Shown: piece after piece, positions 35,349-45,928 of the stretch | Layout of the letters: the number at the start of each line of letters is the position of its first letter | How positions within the stretch are numbered: position 1 is the stretch's first letter | Source: an uncultured Candidatus Saccharibacteria bacterium | Lineage (GTDB): Bacteria > Patescibacteriota > Saccharimonadia > CAILAD01 > GCA-016700035 | Reading direction: 5' to 3' | Assembly: GCA_964583675.1 (NCBI GenBank) | Contig: CAZOVH010000001.1 | Location: forward strand, 145,754-209,753 | DNA length: 64,000 nucleotides | Program-made: the position numbers and the translations under genes | Notes under the pieces: model-generated | What the model was told of the DNA's origin: nothing | The model's database searches: none | Seen by the model: the letters and a program-made list of their open reading frames with translations, nothing else

Positions 35349-36619
35349 GATTTTGCCCTTAATGCAATCATAAAGTCGGAAATATTGGCGGTGGTTTTTC
35401 TGGTCTTTAGATGTGCGCCAATAGTTTTGAGCGCCTTCCAGCCGGCATTCATCTCCACTGCTTCATCGGCAGTAATGCAGGCTTTTTTGAGCGCACCAAC
35501 GCCAGTTGGATTATCCATAATGGCTCCGGCAACTGGCTCGTTATCTTTTCCGTCACTGGCACAGGATATCACCACGGTATTTTTTGGTAAGTGATTAGTG
35601 GCCGAGAGTGCAACATCTTGATTGCGCCCACCTCGTCCCGGATGAGTGACATGGACTTGGGTTTCACCGCAGCCTAGCAGAACTTCACCTGGTTTTACGT
35701 TTTTCGCAAGTTTGGGCCCCAGTCCTTTGGCAGTTTCGGCAACTTTTTTCGAATAAACTTTTGGCACATAGCCCAGTTCTCGAGCTTTGGCGGACATTGC
35801 TTCCACCACCTGTGAGCCATTGGCGATCATGATGTTGGTTATATTTTTGAAAAATTTTGGATCCTTAGGAGTTTCAGTAAACTTAAGCCCGGTGAGACGA
35901 TAGCGCTTGGCAATTTTTTCGGCATCAGCCCTAGTTGTTTTGTCGAGGACTGTGGGGCCAGACGCAACAAAGTTAAGATCATCGCCTGGGACGTCAGAAA
36001 TAATCATTGCAAGCACCGTGGCGGGGTAGGCGTATTTGGCAAAGAAGCCGCCATGAATGTGTGAGAGATGTTTGCGTACGGTGTTAATCTCCTGGATGCT
36101 AGCGCCAGCTTTTAAAAGATAATCGGAAACACGCTGCAACTCAACGCAGGTGAGGCCGGCAGGCTGGCAGAACAATGAACTGCCACCACCACAGATTGCG
36201 GTGATAACGAGATCATCTTTGGTAGCCGATTTCATGAGTTCAATGATCTTATTGGTCGCAGCTATATTTTGCTCACTCGGAAGTGGATGTGTACCTGTAA
36301 ATACGCGAATTTTACGCACGATGCGTCGGTGGATATCTATGGCATAGCCTTTCGTGACTCGCCGTTTAAGAACTTTACCAATACCTTCCACTGCCAGGCC
36401 GCTACCTTTCCCAACGCCGACAACATAAATGTTTTTGTAGCTAGAGAGTGCAAACCGTTTACCGTCAATCACGAGATGGTCGCCCACGATGGTGAGTTTT
36501 TCGGAAAACATGGTACGTAAATCTATCGAGTGATAGCCAGCTTCAGCAATCTCAAGCGCATCGCGCCTTTGAGGGGTGGTGGCGAGGGCTGAAAAATTCT
36601 TTATTACTCTTATGCTCAT
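35345..36619 (-). CDS. Glycerate 2-kinase (MOFRL/DUF4147)
   Basis: GKGS, HPLP, GGGSSL, EINTVRKHLS, SDVPGDD...ASGP, GGRNQ, SDGKD. Confidence 0.9.
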   Translation of the reverse strand: MSIRVIKNFSALATTPQRRDALEIAEAGYHSIDLRTMFSEKLTIVGDHLVIDGKRFALSSYKNIYVVGVGKGSGLAVEGIGKVLKRRVTKGYAIDIHRRIVRKIRVFTGTHPLPSEQNIAATNKIIELMKSATKDDLVITAICGGGSSLFCQPAGLTCVELQRVSDYLLKAGASIQEINTVRKHLSHIHGGFFAKYAYPATVLAMIISDVPGDDLNFVASGPTVLDKTTRADAEKIAKRYRLTGLKFTETPKDPKFFKNITNIMIANGSQVVEAMSAKARELGYVPKVYSKKVAETAKGLGPKLAKNVKPGEVLLGCGETQVHVTHPGRGGRNQDVALSATNHLPKNTVVISCASDGKDNEPVAGAIMDNPTGVGALKKACITADEAVEMNAGWKALKTIGAHLKTRKTTANISDFMIALRAKS

Positions 36620-36685
36620 CAAGAATATTGTATCACGCAGCGTTGCTCACAGGAGTATAATTATATGTAGAGAGCGAGGTATACT

Positions 36686-36973
36686 ATGGCGCAGCAGCGT
36701 ACTGAAGAATTTAAAATTTCTGGCGAAGACATCATGGCCAAACTTAAAAAGTTGGTGAATGAAGGAAATGTTCGCAAAATTATGGTGAAGGATAAAAAGG
36801 GCAAAACAATTGCTGAGTTTCCACTTACCGTTGGAGTGGTTGGCGCTCTGTTGGTACCCGTTTTGGCTGCTGTAGGCGCGATTGTAGCCTTGGCTAGCGA
36901 ATGCATTATTTCCGTGGAGCGTGATGTGGATGAGAAGAAGCCAGAGGTAAAACTCGCAAAAAAGGAAAAGTAA
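36686..36973 (+). CDS. DUF4342 protein
   Basis: K.LV.EGNVR.I.VK ... PLTVGV.G...P.LAA.G. Confidence 0.85.
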   Translation: MAQQRTEEFKISGEDIMAKLKKLVNEGNVRKIMVKDKKGKTIAEFPLTVGVVGALLVPVLAAVGAIVALASECIISVERDVDEKKPEVKLAKKEK

Positions 36974-36976
36974 GCA

Positions 36977-37852
36977 ATGGCCACTCAAGCAATCGAAATA
37001 TCTGGTCTTACAAAGAAGTTTGGGCAGCATACCGCTGTTGAGGACATTTCTTTTAGTGTAAATAAAGGTGAGATTTTTGGTTTTTTGGGGCCTAATGGGG
37101 CCGGGAAAACTACGACGATTCGCTGCTTGATGAATTTTTTGGAACCAAATAGTGGCCAGATTCGGGTGCTCGGTCACGATGCTCAACGCGAGAGTGTGGC
37201 TGTGAAGCGTGAAATTGGCTACATCGCTAGTGATAATCACTTAGTTGACCGTTGGACTGCGCGCGAGCACGTTGAGTATGTGCAGAATCTACGCGGTGGG
37301 GCCGGGGACTATAAAGGTTTGCTCGAACAGTTCTCACTTGACCTTGATCGGCGCGTAAAAGTGCTGTCTACCGGGAACAGACAAAAGTTGAATATTATTC
37401 TGGGTCTCATCGGCACTCCAAAGGTGTTGGTGCTTGATGAGCCTACACAAGGTCTGGATCCGCTTTTCCAGAACGAGGTCTATCGGGTACTAGAAGATTT
37501 TCGTGCTAGTGGTGGAACCGTATTTATTTCATCTCACAACCTTGCCGAAGTTCAGCGCATTTGTGAGCGAGTGGCAATTATTCGTAAGGGCAAATTGGTG
37601 GCCGTTGAAAGCTTGGAGAGCTTGCGCGAGAAGACCAAGCATATTGTAACTGTACGAAGTAAAAAGACAATTCCGAAGTCTGCGTTAGCAAATGAACAAA
37701 TTGACGTGCGTAGTCACACTAAAAATGAAGTGTCGTTTTTAGTGCAAGGAGATCTCAACCCCATCATCAAGATGTTGAGTAAATACCCGCTGACCGATGT
37801 AGAGATTAGTCATGCCAGCCTTGAGGAAATATTTTTGGAGATGTACGTATGA
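36977..37852 (+). CDS. ABC transporter ATP-binding protein
   Basis: GPNGAGKTT, LSTGNRQK, LDEPT, SSH. Confidence 0.95.
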   Translation: MATQAIEISGLTKKFGQHTAVEDISFSVNKGEIFGFLGPNGAGKTTTIRCLMNFLEPNSGQIRVLGHDAQRESVAVKREIGYIASDNHLVDRWTAREHVEYVQNLRGGAGDYKGLLEQFSLDLDRRVKVLSTGNRQKLNIILGLIGTPKVLVLDEPTQGLDPLFQNEVYRVLEDFRASGGTVFISSHNLAEVQRICERVAIIRKGKLVAVESLESLREKTKHIVTVRSKKTIPKSALANEQIDVRSHTKNEVSFLVQGDLNPIIKMLSKYPLTDVEISHASLEEIFLEMYV

Positions 37853-38655
37853 ATAGAGTAGTTATCCGCAGGTTTATACGCGATAGGCGCGTTGCACTCG
37901 CTGTCTACACGGTAGGGGCGCTATTGTTTGCGCTGATGTATACCTCACTGTATCCATCGCTAAAATCACAAATGCAAAATTATGACGATATTCTCAAGTC
38001 ATTCCCTAAAGGATTTACGGATGCACTAGGCGTAGAAGATATATCTTTCTCTTCATTTGCTAGCTATTTTAGTGCGGAGTATCTTTCGTTAATTTGGCCG
38101 CTACTTGCCATTATTTTGGCGATTTCCTTTGCAGGAAAAGCCTTAGCTGGTGCGGTTGAAACTGGTACGGCTGGCTTAGAACTTGCGCAACCAGTCAGTC
38201 GCACAGAAATATACGTATCAAAGTATGTGGGTGGAGTGGTGCTCATGACGCTTTTTACAGTGGCGTCAATTTTAGGAGTTATTCCAATCGCAGCACTTTT
38301 TGGAGCAGAATTACAACTTGCAAATTGGCTGAAAGTTTGTTTGCAGTCATGGTTGTTTATCGTGAGTATTTTCTCAATTGCCTTTGCGGCTTCCGCAGCC
38401 TTTTCTGAGCGGGCAAAAATGTATGGTGTGGTCGCCGGCGTTGTTCTATTTATGTATGTCGCACGAGTTATGTCTGGCCTGCTCGATTCGGTCCAGTGGT
38501 TGAAGTATGCATCGATCTTCCATTACTACAATGGACCAGCTGTGCTCACTAAAGGTAATTTTACCGATTGGAGCTGGTTGGTGTTTGTAGTTACGACCGT
38601 GCTGATGTTCTTGGTTGGTTTAGCTATCTGGCGCCGTCGAGATTTCGCAGTCTAG
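37849..38655 (+). CDS. ABC-2-type permease
   Basis: Six TMs, E.GT..L.LA.PVSR, C-terminal RRD; overlaps the ATPase stop. Confidence 0.9.
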   Translation: MNRVVIRRFIRDRRVALAVYTVGALLFALMYTSLYPSLKSQMQNYDDILKSFPKGFTDALGVEDISFSSFASYFSAEYLSLIWPLLAIILAISFAGKALAGAVETGTAGLELAQPVSRTEIYVSKYVGGVVLMTLFTVASILGVIPIAALFGAELQLANWLKVCLQSWLFIVSIFSIAFAASAAFSERAKMYGVVAGVVLFMYVARVMSGLLDSVQWLKYASIFHYYNGPAVLTKGNFTDWSWLVFVVTTVLMFLVGLAIWRRRDFAV

Positions 38656-39791
38656 TTTTTAGATGAGGCTTTGCTCGTAGAGAGCATCCAGGCGGTTACC
38701 ATCGAGTTAAGTCGGCGGATTTTATAAGACACTTTGTGGCCAAACGTACCGCCAAAGTGGAAGGCAAGCCATTCGCCAACGCGAGTATAGGCTTCTACAA
38801 AAATTGCTAGATACGGTCGTTGTTTTAGGTTGCGAAGAGCAGAATTCGTTTGCGCGTACATGGAGTCACGAGATTTTCCACCAGTTTTGCAGTACAGAGC
38901 AAAGTGTTCACAGTTATTTGAGATGAGATTATATTTCATTGTTTTGCCGGCTTGCGAAATAGCGGTCTTAATTACGACGTCTATCGGCGCAGCTTTAATA
39001 TCTGGATACACCCAGTGTTGCGGTTCGCGGCCACGTAAAAATTCTTCCCAACTGGTGCGATGCACTATGCTGTCGTCGCGGTAGTGTACAACTTCGTTAT
39101 TACCAATGTAGACACCTAGATGGAAACCCGAGCCAAAATAGCAGGCGTACAATTCACCCTTTTTACGCTTCACAACCTGAGGCTCAATTTCGGTGAAAAT
39201 AATTGGTAGGCTGTTGTTTTTACTGCGGTACGCCATGATGAGCAACATAATGCCGAATGAGATGAGTCGAGCTGCTAAAAGAATAATCACGCCATTCACG
39301 CGTAGCTGAGGGATAAGCACGATGGTACTGAGTCCGAGGAAAAGGGTAAAGCAGGCATTTAGGAAGAATAGAAAGCGTGATTTTATGCCGCGTGATCGCC
39401 AAGCAACGACAAACTGCACGGTGCCATCTATGGTGAATAATATCCCCAATATTAGTGCTACGAAGCCAATTGAGATGTTCTCGTTAGTGAGAAAGATTAA
39501 GCCGGCCCCTATATCAATGAAGGAATGGATCAAAATAAGAACAATCCCACGCAGGCTGTAGCCCTTACTACTTTTTCCGAGAAAGAGCTGCACAAGTTTA
39601 AGTCCACCGCTGGCGATAAGTCCAAAACTTAAAAGGATTTGCAAAGGATCAAAGAAAATAAAAGGTGCCTCTACAATGAGTATGCCGGCAAGTACAAAGA
39701 GCGAACCGATCACTGCAAGGCGAGTGCGATGTTGGCGGATAACTACAAGTTCACTGCTTAGGGCGGCGGTTGTAGATTTTTTGGCGGGCAT
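38652..39791 (-). CDS. DUF308/HdeD membrane domain fused to LRAT-like (permuted NlpC/P60) domain
   Basis: Six TMs, then H.GVY.G...VVHY and YNL..NNCEHFA..C.TG; start moved to 39791. Confidence 0.8.
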   Translation of the reverse strand: MPAKKSTTAALSSELVVIRQHRTRLAVIGSLFVLAGILIVEAPFIFFDPLQILLSFGLIASGGLKLVQLFLGKSSKGYSLRGIVLILIHSFIDIGAGLIFLTNENISIGFVALILGILFTIDGTVQFVVAWRSRGIKSRFLFFLNACFTLFLGLSTIVLIPQLRVNGVIILLAARLISFGIMLLIMAYRSKNNSLPIIFTEIEPQVVKRKKGELYACYFGSGFHLGVYIGNNEVVHYRDDSIVHRTSWEEFLRGREPQHWVYPDIKAAPIDVVIKTAISQAGKTMKYNLISNNCEHFALYCKTGGKSRDSMYAQTNSALRNLKQRPYLAIFVEAYTRVGEWLAFHFGGTFGHKVSYKIRRLNSMVTAWMLSTSKASSKN

Positions 39792-39874
39792 AATTGTATA
39801 TAAGTATACGAACACTTCTGGTTAAAATACAGCCCCAGATAGACGAAAATTTTTGACGGGTGTAGTATGCACGT

Positions 39875-40945
39875 ATGGTACGCGCAAAAAACATCATGCT
39901 CGAAAGAGCTCGCATTGCCGAGCAGCAGGCTCTGCGTTGGGGAATACTATCGGCCTTGTTGGCTGCAGCGGTGGCACTGGCCTGGTATTTGGGTAAAGGT
40001 GCGCAACTTGTTCCGCTGACAGGTGATCTCTCAATTACACGTTTGGCGGTATATCTAGGTGCATTGGCAAGTTTTCTATTCTTTGCGTATTTCTACCGCG
40101 CTGGTGAACAGTGGCTACATAAAAATACTCAACAACCACTCCCTAAGCGTTGGATTTTTTGGCGCGACACGCTAACTTTGGCGTTTGCATATGCAATCGT
40201 GTCCCTAGCGGCAATGGCTCTAGCGGCCTTTGTGTTTTCAGAAGCCTTTATTGGTCTTGAGTTAGATCCGTATAGTTCGGCATTAGCTGTGGGCGTTGTA
40301 GTGGGTATGGTGGCGTATGTAAATATTAATTTGGCCTATACCGTCTCGGTTAATCGAATTTTGGCAGTATTGGGTATTGTGTTGGTTGGCGGTGTTTTGT
40401 TTGCCATGGTTACCAACGGTCAGGCAGATTGGTGGCAGGTGCATTTTAGCTACCTTGGTATGGCTCAATCTAATGCTGCCCGAGCGTTCAATTTTACCCT
40501 CATCTTCTCTGGCTTGGTGATGCTAGCGCTTACCGAAAACTTGTTTAATACTCTCGCCCCCGCATTTAATGGCAAAAATTCTGGTATGCGTTTTAATGTT
40601 ATAAAGGCAGCTTTTGTGTTTATTGCTATTGCCCTGGCTTGCGTTGGTATTTTTCCGTATGAGGCCGACAGTATAAATGCCACCCTGCATAATCTTTCGG
40701 CGTACGGCATGGTGCTAGGTTTTCTTTTTCTGATTTCTACTTTGCGCTGGACATCTCCTAAACTCTCTCCGGAATTCTTTGTGCTTTCTTATATGATGGG
40801 TGGAGCATTAATAGTCTGTTACGCGCTATTCGCATTTGTAGGTTATTTTAATCTCACAGCTTTCGAACTCTTAAGCTTTGGAATTAGCTTTGCATGGCTT
40901 ATGCTATACCTAAAGAATTTGTCGCAATTAATAGAAAAGAGGTAG
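39875..40945 (+). CDS. DUF998-like multi-pass membrane protein
   Basis: WW..HFS.LG, FNFTLI.SG, LHN, NLTAFEL motifs. Confidence 0.7.
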   Translation: MVRAKNIMLERARIAEQQALRWGILSALLAAAVALAWYLGKGAQLVPLTGDLSITRLAVYLGALASFLFFAYFYRAGEQWLHKNTQQPLPKRWIFWRDTLTLAFAYAIVSLAAMALAAFVFSEAFIGLELDPYSSALAVGVVVGMVAYVNINLAYTVSVNRILAVLGIVLVGGVLFAMVTNGQADWWQVHFSYLGMAQSNAARAFNFTLIFSGLVMLALTENLFNTLAPAFNGKNSGMRFNVIKAAFVFIAIALACVGIFPYEADSINATLHNLSAYGMVLGFLFLISTLRWTSPKLSPEFFVLSYMMGGALIVCYALFAFVGYFNLTAFELLSFGISFAWLMLYLKNLSQLIEKR

Positions 40946-40948
40946 GAA

Positions 40949-41335
40949 ATGGCACAAAATTCTGTACAAAGAAATATGAGTACTTCATCATCTTCGGCGG
41001 AGTGGCAAAATGGCATGTCACTTATCGTGGGGATTGTGATTATTCTAGTCGGCGTCGGATTTCTCTCTGCAATTCTTGCAAAATCCGATACGGCTAACCT
41101 TATACCGCGTCAGTCAGTGCCAATTTTGGTATTCCTCGGGGGAGTAATCATGGCCGGAGCTGGTAAGGCAGCCCAGGGCCTTGGCTTAATGGTGCTTGGT
41201 TTGTTGTTTATTCTTCGTAATATGGGCGTGTTTGCGGTCGACACCTTTGATACGGCTTGGTATGGAATTTTAGTGCTCGTTGGTTTGCTGTTTGTTCTCA
41301 TGGCTCAGGTTAAGCCAAAAGATAAAAAAGCCTAG
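40949..41335 (+). CDS. Membrane protein
   Basis: Four hydrophobic segments. Confidence 0.7.
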   Translation: MAQNSVQRNMSTSSSSAEWQNGMSLIVGIVIILVGVGFLSAILAKSDTANLIPRQSVPILVFLGGVIMAGAGKAAQGLGLMVLGLLFILRNMGVFAVDTFDTAWYGILVLVGLLFVLMAQVKPKDKKA

Positions 41336-41406
41336 GCGGCTTGTAAGATTTTTCACCAGTTTATGAAGTGCTTATGGTATAATAGTGCTCGTAGATTCGG
41401 GGGATT

Positions 41407-41970
41407 ATGGCTTACGGACCAACGTTAAAAAACACATCAAACCGCACATCAAAGCTGAAATGGCTACTCGTAGCAGTGGTCGTGTTAGCAGTTTTAGGGC
41501 TTGGCGGTTTCTTTGGTTATCGTTGGTATATGGACAGCAAGGCTCAGGACCCAGTATCTGAGCAGAATCAGCAGGAGAGCACGCAGGATGAAGAAGTTGG
41601 CGTACAAGATAATCTCACTCCTTCACCAAGTACAACCACTAGCCCTGCGAGTAGTATTCCAGACCAAGAACAGCAGGCCTCGAACAGTACTGGCATAACA
41701 ATTTCATCACCGAGCACAGGCTCTACTGTGAAAGCCGGCACTAAGCTAGAGGGCACAGCGCCAACTACATACACAAAAGTTTCGTATCGTATTCAAAGCG
41801 ATGAGCGCGGACTGGTTGGACAAGGCGAATTAAATGTCGTGAAGGGTAAATATTCGGGAACAATCGGATCTGGTGGCGCTAGCGGGAATGGCTACATTGA
41901 AGTATTCGTTGTAAGCGCTAATGGTAACGAAGAGAAGCACACAAAAGTAACCGTAAAGTTGGGTGGCTAA
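41407..41970 (+). CDS. Membrane-anchored protein with Ig-like (Gmad2-like) C-terminal domain
   Basis: TM, Ser/Thr/Gln linker, ITISSP..G..V beta-rich domain. Confidence 0.65.
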   Translation: MAYGPTLKNTSNRTSKLKWLLVAVVVLAVLGLGGFFGYRWYMDSKAQDPVSEQNQQESTQDEEVGVQDNLTPSPSTTTSPASSIPDQEQQASNSTGITISSPSTGSTVKAGTKLEGTAPTTYTKVSYRIQSDERGLVGQGELNVVKGKYSGTIGSGGASGNGYIEVFVVSANGNEEKHTKVTVKLGG

Positions 41971-41992
41971 TATGACTTGGAGGGTGAAAACT

Positions 41993-44089
41993 ATGAAGCG
42001 AACTTTTAGCACGCTTGTTGCAAGTATCGGTCTTTTTGCAGTAGTAGTGCTCTTTGCTGCACCGGCACACGCGGCCTATAACTCCAATAATATTATTGAT
42101 GATGGTCGTTTTACGAACCATACAACAATGGACGAAGCCGCCATTCAGGCTTTTATGAATGCACGCAATAGTGGGCTTAAAAACTATGTAGATCCTTCAG
42201 TTAATCAATCGGCGGCAAAAATTATTCGTGATGCGGCTTGGGACTTTGGTATCAATCCTCAAGTCATTATGGCGACCCTGCAAAAAGAGCAATCGCTGAT
42301 GACTAATCCATCGCCATCGGCCTCTAATATTAATTTCGCCATGGGCTATGGCTGCCCAACTACTGGCAGCTGCTCGTACCCAGGGTTTTATCAGCAGGTG
42401 AGGAATGGGAGCTGGCAACTTCGTTTTAATATGCATCGAGCGGCCGGTAACAATGGTACCTGGACCGGTCCATCCGGTGCAGTGTGGGGTAACTCTTCAA
42501 TTTCGTACGCCTGCCGTAATGCGACCAGCTACTACAGCACAGGATTATTTCCGGGGCGCAACGTAACGTTTTACGCTCATACCAACGGTCAAGCCTATGC
42601 CACAATCAATATTGCAAATGCTTCTACGGCGGCCATGTATTGTTATACCCCGCACGTCTATAACCCAAGCGGCGCTCCAGTGTACTACTCAGGTAGTTAT
42701 AACTTTGTAGTTTTTTACGAACGTTGGTTTGGTCCAACAACTGGAGAAGCGTATAAATCTGAGTATGCCGGACAGTCCAGCTATAAAACCCTCTCGCCAT
42801 CAGTAACTACGGCAGTTGGTCATATACGCTATAGAAATATAGGTAATGAAACGTGGTACGACGATATTGGTTTATCTTCCGCTCCGGCAGGCACTAAGCC
42901 AGTCCATCTAGCAACTTCGAACCCACTCAATCGCAGCAGTCCGGTGGGCTACCCATGGGGAGGTGATCGCAATCGACCGACCGGCGCCTTTGCGGCTGTC
43001 TATGAATCTGATGGTGTAACTCCTGCTGCGGATCAGCACAGGGCAGTTACAGGGCAAATTGTTCAATTTAATATTACTTTTGGTGCAGATAATACCGTTC
43101 CGGAAGGTGTCTATCGCGAGTTTTTCCAACCTATCGTTGAAGGTGGATCAACCATGAATACGCCAGGTACTTATCTTGATATAACGGTACAGCGACCTAC
43201 GTATACCTCTCAGTTTTCAGGCCACTGTGCGTATCCAACAATGGTTGCCAATAATAGCTCTGCACCGTGTTTTATGAGATATAAAAATACTGGAAACGTC
43301 CCGTGGTACGATAGCTCCTCTGCGGCAGCAAATAATGCAAAACCAGTTGTTTTGTCTACTGCTAGATCGGTGAATCGCTACAGTCTACTTGGTACCTTAT
43401 GGAACCGTGATCAGAACCGTGCCTCCACCCGCTTTGCAGCAGTGTATGAGGCGGATGGCACAACTCTTGCTTCTAATCAAGCAGTAGCGCAACCTGGTCA
43501 GATAGTGCAATTCAACTTTAATCTTTGGGCTGCCCAAGTGCTTCGGCCAGGTGTCTATCGTGAGTTCTTCCAACCCATCGTTGAAGGTGGTTCAACTATG
43601 AATGACCCCGGTACGTTTATAGACATAACTGTGCAGGCCCCGACATATGTATCTCAATTTGCTGGACAGTGCGCGTATCCAATAATGGTTGCCAATAATA
43701 GCTCTGCACCCTGCTTCTTGCGCTATAAGAACATAGGTAATGTTACTTGGTATGATGGGGTGACGGCTCCAGCTAATGGTGCACGTCCAGTAGTACTTGC
43801 TACTGCGCGATCAATTAATCGCTACAGTCTACTCGGAACTTTATGGAACCGTGATCAGAACCGTGCTTCTACCCGCTTTGCAGCAGTGTATGAGGCAGAT
43901 GGGGCAACCCCTGCTTCCAATCAAGGCGTTGTGCAGCCAGGGCAAATCGTGCAGTATAACTTTAATCTGTGGGCAGCGGCTGTACTTAGCCCAGGTGTCT
44001 ATCGCGAGTTTTTCCAGCCAATCGTAGAAGGTGGAACTACTATGAATGATCCAGGTACGTATATAAATATTACTGTCAATCGTCCATAA
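41993..44089 (+). CDS. Secreted protein: lysozyme-like N-terminal domain plus three Ig-like (NBR1-like) repeats
   Basis: Signal peptide (APAHA-A); SAA.II..AA..FGINPQV..ATLQKEQSL; three repeats with N.GN.TW and PGVYREFFQPIVEG; GGAGG RBS before ATG 41993. Confidence 0.75.
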   Translation: MKRTFSTLVASIGLFAVVVLFAAPAHAAYNSNNIIDDGRFTNHTTMDEAAIQAFMNARNSGLKNYVDPSVNQSAAKIIRDAAWDFGINPQVIMATLQKEQSLMTNPSPSASNINFAMGYGCPTTGSCSYPGFYQQVRNGSWQLRFNMHRAAGNNGTWTGPSGAVWGNSSISYACRNATSYYSTGLFPGRNVTFYAHTNGQAYATINIANASTAAMYCYTPHVYNPSGAPVYYSGSYNFVVFYERWFGPTTGEAYKSEYAGQSSYKTLSPSVTTAVGHIRYRNIGNETWYDDIGLSSAPAGTKPVHLATSNPLNRSSPVGYPWGGDRNRPTGAFAAVYESDGVTPAADQHRAVTGQIVQFNITFGADNTVPEGVYREFFQPIVEGGSTMNTPGTYLDITVQRPTYTSQFSGHCAYPTMVANNSSAPCFMRYKNTGNVPWYDSSSAAANNAKPVVLSTARSVNRYSLLGTLWNRDQNRASTRFAAVYEADGTTLASNQAVAQPGQIVQFNFNLWAAQVLRPGVYREFFQPIVEGGSTMNDPGTFIDITVQAPTYVSQFAGQCAYPIMVANNSSAPCFLRYKNIGNVTWYDGVTAPANGARPVVLATARSINRYSLLGTLWNRDQNRASTRFAAVYEADGATPASNQGVVQPGQIVQYNFNLWAAAVLSPGVYREFFQPIVEGGTTMNDPGTYINITVNRP
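42745..44086 (+). repeat. Three tandem intragenic repeats, 444-bp period
   Basis: GGTGTCTATCG.GAGTT recurs at 43106, 43550 and 43994; ATGGTTGCCAATAATAGCTCTGCACC at 43241 and 43685; outer boundaries approximate. Confidence 0.9.
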
Positions 44090-44124
44090 GTAGCTCAGAT
44101 TAAAGTTTTCTTGATATAATTTAG

Positions 44125-45087
<963 letters not shown>

Positions 45088-45103
45088 TATAATTATCTAC
45101 TAG

Positions 45104-45928
45104 ATGGAACACGTTGTAGTCATTCGTCCTAAGAAACGACTCGCAATCGACTGGAAGGAGCTCAAGGAATACCGCGAGCTCTTCTTCTACTTCGCTTGGC
45201 GTGATGTAAAGGTGCGCTACAAGCAAACCGCAATTGGTATTTTGTGGGCAATTTTGCAGCCATTTATTCAGATGGTGGTATTTACGCTGTTCTTCAATAA
45301 AGCTGTGGGTATAGAGACGGGCTCAGCCGTTCCTTATGCAATTTTTTCTTATACTGGCTTATTATTCTGGAACTATTTCTCGCAGGCTTTGCAGCGTTCG
45401 GCAAATAGCCTTGTAGATAATCAGGCTGTTGTAACAAAGGTGTATTTTCCGCGCATTATTCCACCAATTTCCTCCACGATTGTCTCGTTTATAGATTTTT
45501 TGTTTGCGTCGATTATTTTTATAGGCCTCATGATTTATTTTCAGTTTGTACCAACTCTCTTGGGTGTACTTCTAGTAATTCCAGCTATAATAGTGACCTT
45601 CCTAGCTGCTACTGGACCGGGCCTCTTCCTAGCTGCAGTTAACGTGAAATACCGTGACGTGAAGCAGGCATTGCCGTTTCTTATTCAACTAGGCCTGTTC
45701 CTTACGCCAGTTATCTATCCGGTTACAGCCATCCCCGAGCAGTACCAGTGGCTACTGTATTTAAACCCAATGACAGGCGTGATTAATGCAATGCGTGCAA
45801 GCCTACTTGGAGCTGGAGAAATTAACTGGGCCCTTACGGCGCTTTCGGTTGCGATGGCAGTTATTATGTTTATTGGTGGATTGTATTACTTCAAGGGTAG
45901 AGAAAAGGAATTTGCGGATATTATATGA
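45104..45928 (+). CDS. wzm: Polysaccharide ABC transporter permease Wzm
   Basis: RD.KVRYKQT..G..WA, KVYFPR, TPVIYP, LNPM. Confidence 0.92.
   Translation: MEHVVVIRPKKRLAIDWKELKEYRELFFYFAWRDVKVRYKQTAIGILWAILQPFIQMVVFTLFFNKAVGIETGSAVPYAIFSYTGLLFWNYFSQALQRSANSLVDNQAVVTKVYFPRIIPPISSTIVSFIDFLFASIIFIGLMIYFQFVPTLLGVLLVIPAIIVTFLAATGPGLFLAAVNVKYRDVKQALPFLIQLGLFLTPVIYPVTAIPEQYQWLLYLNPMTGVINAMRASLLGAGEINWALTALSVAMAVIMFIGGLYYFKGREKEFADII

Noticed and set aside
36647-37240. 197-aa antisense ORF over DUF4342 and the ABC ATPase
   Set aside because: Typical antisense shadow of an ABC ATPase gene
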